A stretch of 32,524 bases of DNA from Catonella sp. (GTDB taxonomy: Bacteria; Bacillota; Clostridia; Lachnospirales; Lachnospiraceae), in the NCBI GenBank assembly GCA_041855085.1, contig JBHADN010000235.1:1-32524 (forward strand), written 5' to 3'. Both the position numbers and the translations under genes were made by a program. The notes below the pieces were generated by a model. The model worked only from the letters and a program-made list of their open reading frames with translations, was not told the DNA's origin and ran no database searches. Below, one piece after another: positions 28,390 through 32,524 of this stretch (position 1 is its first letter; each line of letters opens with the position of its first letter).

Positions 28390-30267
28390 TCAAACTCCCC
28401 TCAAAAACTCCCTTAAAAACGGAGAAACCTCCTTATCCTTCCCATACAGTTTCTTGGGATAGGTTATCATAAGCTCTTTCTTAGCCCTTGTAACCGCCAC
28501 ATAGAACAGCCTTCGCTCCTCCTCTATATCCGACTGCCTTATCGCTTTTTTATACGGAATTATCCCCTCCACCGCTTCCGGTATATAGACCTTTTCAAAT
28601 TCCAGCCCCTTACAGCCGTGCATGGTGGAGATTATGACCGCATCTTTTTCTTCCCTTTGATTTTCCGCCTGAAGCTGCTCCTTCTGCTTTCTTCGGAATT
28701 CCTCAATGCTCCTTTTCCACTCGTCAAGACTCTTAAAAGGCTTGGCATTTTCCGATATTTCCTCCAAAACTTCAAAGAGCTCGTCCTCGTCTATGGCGCG
28801 CTCCTTTGCATATTCCGAAAGAAAGGCATCATAGCCTACCGCATTTCTCAGGTAGCAGATAGCCCCGAACGGCGGAAGTTCCGCCATCTTCGCCAGATGA
28901 AACTGCAGCATGTTTATCCTGTCCGCCATCCAGTTCTTACCCTTGTATGCGTCCTTCCACTTTATGAAACTTACCTGCTCTCCCCTTTCTTTAGTCGTTA
29001 CGGTAGCATTTGAAAGACTCTCTCTGGCAAGAAATCTGTTCGGTCGGTTCATAATGCAAAGAAATCTTGCTCTGCTCCTATCTCCTGCCGATATTTCAAG
29101 ATAATCCATAATATTTTTTGCAATAAAATGGTCATATATGTTCGGCACGGCTTCTTTTACGACAAAAGGGATGTTGTATTCTATCAGTCTGGAGATTATA
29201 GGTCTTGAAACTATATTTGTTCTGTACACTACCGCCATCTCCGAAAAAGGCAGCCCGTTTTCATGAGATTTAATTATATCCTTGACTATTTCAACATCTT
29301 CCGATTTTCTGTCATCAAATGCTTTTATAACCGGCAATTCTCCCGTTTCTTTTTTAGCCGCTATGATATTCTTGTTAAATCTCTGCTTATTTCTTTCTAT
29401 TATCTTTCCCGCAAAATTGAGTATAGACTCGGTTGAACGATAATTTTCGTTTAACACCGCCTTTTTGCAATTCGGGTACAGCCTTTCAAAGCCGAGCATA
29501 ATCTCAGGCTTTGCTCCCCTGAAACGGTATATGCTCTGGTCATCATCTCCCACTATAAATATGTTATTAAGAGGCTTTGCCATATCTCTTATGAGGTCAA
29601 ACTGAAGCTTCGACACATCCTGAAATTCATCTATAAGTATGTACTTCTAGTTATCCTGGCACGCCTTCAATACATTCGGATGATTTGTGAAAAGTTTAAC
29701 ACACAGCAACATCATGTCGTCAAAATCTATCAGCCCTCTCTCCTTCATAAAATCGGCATAGGCTCTGAATATATCTCTGAATACATTTTCAGGAAGGCTT
29801 ATGGAGTAATACCTCTCTATCTCTATGCCCTCCGACTTAACCCGGCTTATTTCGGCTATGATGTTTTTTATAAGGTCTTTCTCATCTCCGCTGTCAAGCT
29901 CAAATTGGCGAAGCTTCTCCCTTAAAAAGTTCCTTATCATTTCCTCCGTAATAATCCGCTCCACGCCGTAGCCGTATGAAATACGCAGTATCATAAAAAA
30001 TACGGAGTGGAAGGTTGCAAATCTTACCCCCTTCGACTCCCCTAAAAGTTTTATAAATCTTTCGCGCATTTCTGTGGCTGCCGCCTTGGTAAAGGTTATT
30101 ACAAGTATGCTCTCCGGCTCTATCTTTGCCTCTTCAATCAGATATCTCACTCTGCCCGTGATGACTGCCGTTTTGCCCGAGCCCGGACCTGCAAGCACTA
30201 TCATAGGCCCGTCTACATGCTTTATAGCTGCAAGCTGTGCCTCGCTGTATTTCACCTTACTCCTCAT
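28390..30267 (-). pseudogene. UvrD/PcrA/Rep-family SF1 helicase interrupted by one in-frame TAG (29647-29649)
   Basis: The two track ORFs are the same frame: ...CAG GAT AAC TAG AAG TAC ATA CTT ATA GAT GAA TTT CAG GAT GTG = QDN*KYILIDEFQDV. Motifs: LAGPGSGKT, TFTKAAA, TFHS, DFDDM, VGDDDQSIYRFRGA, ENYRST, STMHGCKGLEF, EEERRLFYVAVTRAK. Alternative start GTG 30255. Confidence 0.85.
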
Positions 30268-30296
30268 CGAATACTGAATGTAAATTTTCGCTCATA

Positions 30297-30330
30297 AGCT
30301 CTGTGTATACATAAATGTATACACAGAGTT
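30297..30330. terminator. Strong inverted repeat after gltX
   Basis: CTCTGTGTATACAT-AA-ATGTATACACAGAG, perfect 14-bp arms; weak U tract. Confidence 0.6.
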
Positions 30331-30340
30331 CCCTATCTTT

Positions 30341-31798
30341 CTACATCGCCTTTTCAAGCTTCTCTATACCTGTTTTTACTCTTCTAAGACTCTCTTCTTT
30401 GCCCAGTATCTCCATAATCTCATATGCACCTCCGGGAGTCATCTGCTTACCCGAAACTGCCGTTCTTATAGGCCACAGTCCCTGTCCGTTCTTTATTCCC
30501 TTTTCATTTATATAGCCCATAAGCAAAGCCTCTATACCGCCTCTTGTATAGTCCTCATTCGCCTCAAGAAGCGGCAGAAGTTCTCTTAATACCTGAAGCG
30601 AGCTTTCGCTGTCCGTTTTCATTTTCTTATGAGTATACATAGCTACATCATAATCCGGCATCTCTTCAAAAAAGTCTATATGCGCCGCAATATCCGGGAA
30701 GATTTCTATCCTCGTCTTAACAAGCTCCGCTATCTTTTTCAAATCCAAATCTTTTTTAACGGTTTCCTTTATGTACGGCTCCGCCATAGCGAAAAACCTG
30801 TCAAATTCCATATTTTTTATATATTCGCCGTTCATCCAGCGAAGTTTTACCATATCGAAAACGGCAGGAGATTTATTTATTCTTCTGTAATCAAATTCTT
30901 TTATAAGCCCTTCAAGGTCAAATATTTCATTGCCGCTCTCCGCACTCCAGCCCAAAAGAGCTATGAAATTCACAACCGCCTCCGGTACAAATCCCTGCTC
31001 TATAAGATCCTCGTAGGAACTGTGTCCGCTGCGCTTTGAAAGTTTCTGATGCTCTTCATTTGTTATTAACGGACAATGCACATATATCGGTATTTCCCAT
31101 CCAAAAGCCTGATACAGTCTGTTATATTTAGGGGCTGATGAAAGATATTCATTGCCGCGCACCACATGGGTTATTCCCATAAGGTGGTCATCGACCACAT
31201 TTGCAAAGTTATAGGTAGGATAGCCGTCCGACTTAATAAGCACCTGATCGTCCAATTCGGCATTGTTTACCGTAATTTCGCCGTATATTTCATCAATAAA
31301 TGAAGTCGTTCCCTCACGCGGTATGTTCTGTCTTATGACATAAGGTCTGCCCTCCGCAAGATTTTTCTCCACTTCTTCTTTGGCAAGGTTCAGACAATGC
31401 TTATCATAGCTGAGAACCTCTTTGCCGTCTATGCTGCTTCTAAGCCCTTCGAGTCTTTCTTTATCACAAAAGCAATAATATGCCTCTCCCTTTTCTACAA
31501 GCTTTTTAGCGTACTCCAGATAAATTCCGGCAGCCTGCCTTTCACTCTGTACATACGGTCCGCAGCCTCCGCCTATATCCGGTCCTTCATCATGCTTAAG
31601 CCCCGTAGCTTTCATAGTATTATATATAATATCCAGAGCCTCCGGCACAAAGCGCTCCTGGTCGGTATCTTCTATTCTGAGCAAAAACGATCCGCCTTCA
31701 TGTTTTGCTATGAGGTAGGCATAAAGTGCCGTCCTCAAATTTCCCACATGCATCCTGCCTGTAGGGCTTGGTGCATATCTTGTTCTTATCTCTTTCAT
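30341..31798 (-). CDS. gltX: Glutamate--tRNA ligase
   Basis: [16 protein letters not shown] (HIGH), [40 protein letters not shown] (KMSKS). Confidence 0.98.
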   Translation of the reverse strand: MKEIRTRYAPSPTGRMHVGNLRTALYAYLIAKHEGGSFLLRIEDTDQERFVPEALDIIYNTMKATGLKHDEGPDIGGGCGPYVQSERQAAGIYLEYAKKLVEKGEAYYCFCDKERLEGLRSSIDGKEVLSYDKHCLNLAKEEVEKNLAEGRPYVIRQNIPREGTTSFIDEIYGEITVNNAELDDQVLIKSDGYPTYNFANVVDDHLMGITHVVRGNEYLSSAPKYNRLYQAFGWEIPIYVHCPLITNEEHQKLSKRSGHSSYEDLIEQGFVPEAVVNFIALLGWSAESGNEIFDLEGLIKEFDYRRINKSPAVFDMVKLRWMNGEYIKNMEFDRFFAMAEPYIKETVKKDLDLKKIAELVKTRIEIFPDIAAHIDFFEEMPDYDVAMYTHKKMKTDSESSLQVLRELLPLLEANEDYTRGGIEALLMGYINEKGIKNGQGLWPIRTAVSGKQMTPGGAYEIMEILGKEESLRRVKTGIEKLEKAM

Positions 31799-31872
31799 TG
31801 TGTTCTCCTATATGTATTATATTAAATCCGAACTGCTCCTGTTGCAGATATTTTTACTGCATCTGCCTGTTT

Positions 31873-32169
31873 TTATTCCTCCGTAACAGCATCTATCTCT
31901 GCCGAGTCTACCATGTCGTTAAATGCCGTTTCCGCCCTTTCAAATTCTTCATCACTCTCGATATCTTCTATGTTAAATTCTTCTTCTCCCAAAGGAACAA
32001 ACCTGTACAGCCATACCTCCGCCTCGGGGTTGTTTTTATCCATCATTGCTATATATTGTCTGCCCTCTGCCGGATATATGGCAAGCACTTCACATTCGAC
32101 GGTTTTACCTGTTTCATCCTCCACCGGAATTACCATATAAGGCAAATTTTCATCCTTTTCCATTTTCAT
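31873..32169 (-). CDS. Small acidic protein, DUF1292-like
   Basis: DETGKTVECEVLAIY...QYIAM...LYRF...IEDIESDEEFERAETAF pattern; GGAGGT SD before ATG 32169/32163. Confidence 0.75.
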   Translation of the reverse strand: MKMEKDENLPYMVIPVEDETGKTVECEVLAIYPAEGRQYIAMMDKNNPEAEVWLYRFVPLGEEEFNIEDIESDEEFERAETAFNDMVDSAEIDAVTEE

Positions 32170-32202
32170 AAATACCTCCGCAGGTCTATCTTTAACTATG
32201 GT

Positions 32203-32231
32203 AGTATAACACAAACTTGAACTATTCACAA
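32203..32231 (-). promoter_or_regulatory. Proximal sigma-A-like promoter (P2) for the DUF1292-gltX unit
   Basis: Minus strand TTGTGA-17 bp-TATACT with extended TG. Confidence 0.6.
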
Positions 32232-32283
32232 TACAGACCGCAGCTCCGGTTTTTACACCTTATGAATATATGTATTTTCTTTC

Positions 32284-32312
32284 ATTTTACTCCTTTTTCA
32301 CATAGTTTACAA
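32284..32312 (-). promoter_or_regulatory. Distal sigma-A-like promoter (P1) for the DUF1292-gltX unit
   Basis: Minus strand TTGTAA-17 bp-TAAAAT. Confidence 0.6.
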
Positions 32313-32387
32313 TGCTGCCGTAATTTGTTCAGAAAAATGAGATAGCTTACAAAATACCGTTTTGCCCTTTAAGTACCGGAATTACCT

Positions 32388-32425
32388 AAAAAGGGCTCTC
32401 CGAAATCGGAGAACAGCCCCTTTTT
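32388..32425. terminator. Intrinsic terminator after the ABC permease, bidirectional geometry
   Basis: AAAAAGGGCT-CTCCGA-AA-TCGGAG-AAC-AGCCCC-TTTTT. Confidence 0.75.
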
Positions 32426-32434
32426 ATTTAAACA

Positions 32435-32524
32435 CTATTCATTTTTCATCGCTTCAATAGCCGATATCTTAGTCGCTCTGCTTGCCGGGTAATAACCCGA
32501 AACCACACCGACCATCATTGCAAA
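32435..32524 (-). CDS. C-terminal end of a MacB/FtsX-family ABC transporter permease (partial)
   Basis: Manual translation FAMMVGVVSGYYPASRATKISAIEAMKNE*, matching the family's G.YPA.RA....IEA.. terminus. Confidence 0.85.
   Translation of the reverse strand, partial: FAMMVGVVSGYYPASRATKISAIEAMKNE

Noticed and set aside
29616-29646. Helicase as a genuine two-gene split restarting at GTG 29616
   Set aside because: No properly spaced SD, and the Walker B DEFQD would be in neither product, unlike the PFL case.
32253-32285. 10-aa ORF MKENTYIHKV with an apparent AAGGAG SD
   Set aside because: The SD lies in the spacer of the P1 promoter and the ATG overlaps its -10, with a terminator upstream, so it is unlikely to be transcribed with its SD.
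1416-32437. Genome-wide TAG reassignment to explain the helicase amber codon
   Set aside because: TAG terminates 10 genes here at plausible C-termini (afuB, afuA, FNT, pflA, PLP enzyme, GGDEF, galM, MBL, gltX, last permease), and no other gene shows an internal TAG.
1-32524. Mobile elements, prophage, CRISPR, tRNA/rRNA, defence systems
   Set aside because: No integrase, transposase or phage genes, repeat-spacer arrays or RNA gene signatures were recognised; intergenic spaces are short and largely explained.

Overview
A low-GC Firmicutes (Clostridia, Lachnospiraceae-like) chromosomal window made mostly of housekeeping and metabolic genes, nearly all on the minus strand. From left to right: a truncated YesM-family sensor kinase and an AfuABC/FbpABC-type ABC importer divergent from a phosphohexomutase; a formate module (FNT channel, pflA, pyruvate formate-lyase); a CapA-family protein, a rhodanese lipoprotein, upp, a Cys/Met PLP enzyme, a membrane diguanylate cyclase and galM; then the conserved apt-rel-MBL-hemZ-hisS-aspS cluster with inserted uppP, an HD-GYP gene and an orphan ORF; a UvrD/PcrA-family helicase, gltX, a DUF1292-like protein and the 3' end of an ABC permease. 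Two observations stand out. (1) The pyruvate formate-lyase is encoded as two separate genes: a catalytic barrel with a novel acidic CxC tail and a stand-alone 81-aa glycyl-radical subunit with its own strong RBS. (2) The UvrD helicase carries a single in-frame TAG just before its Walker B motif. No rRNA, tRNA, CRISPR array, integrase or transposase was recognised. All calls are by eye from motifs; no searches were run.
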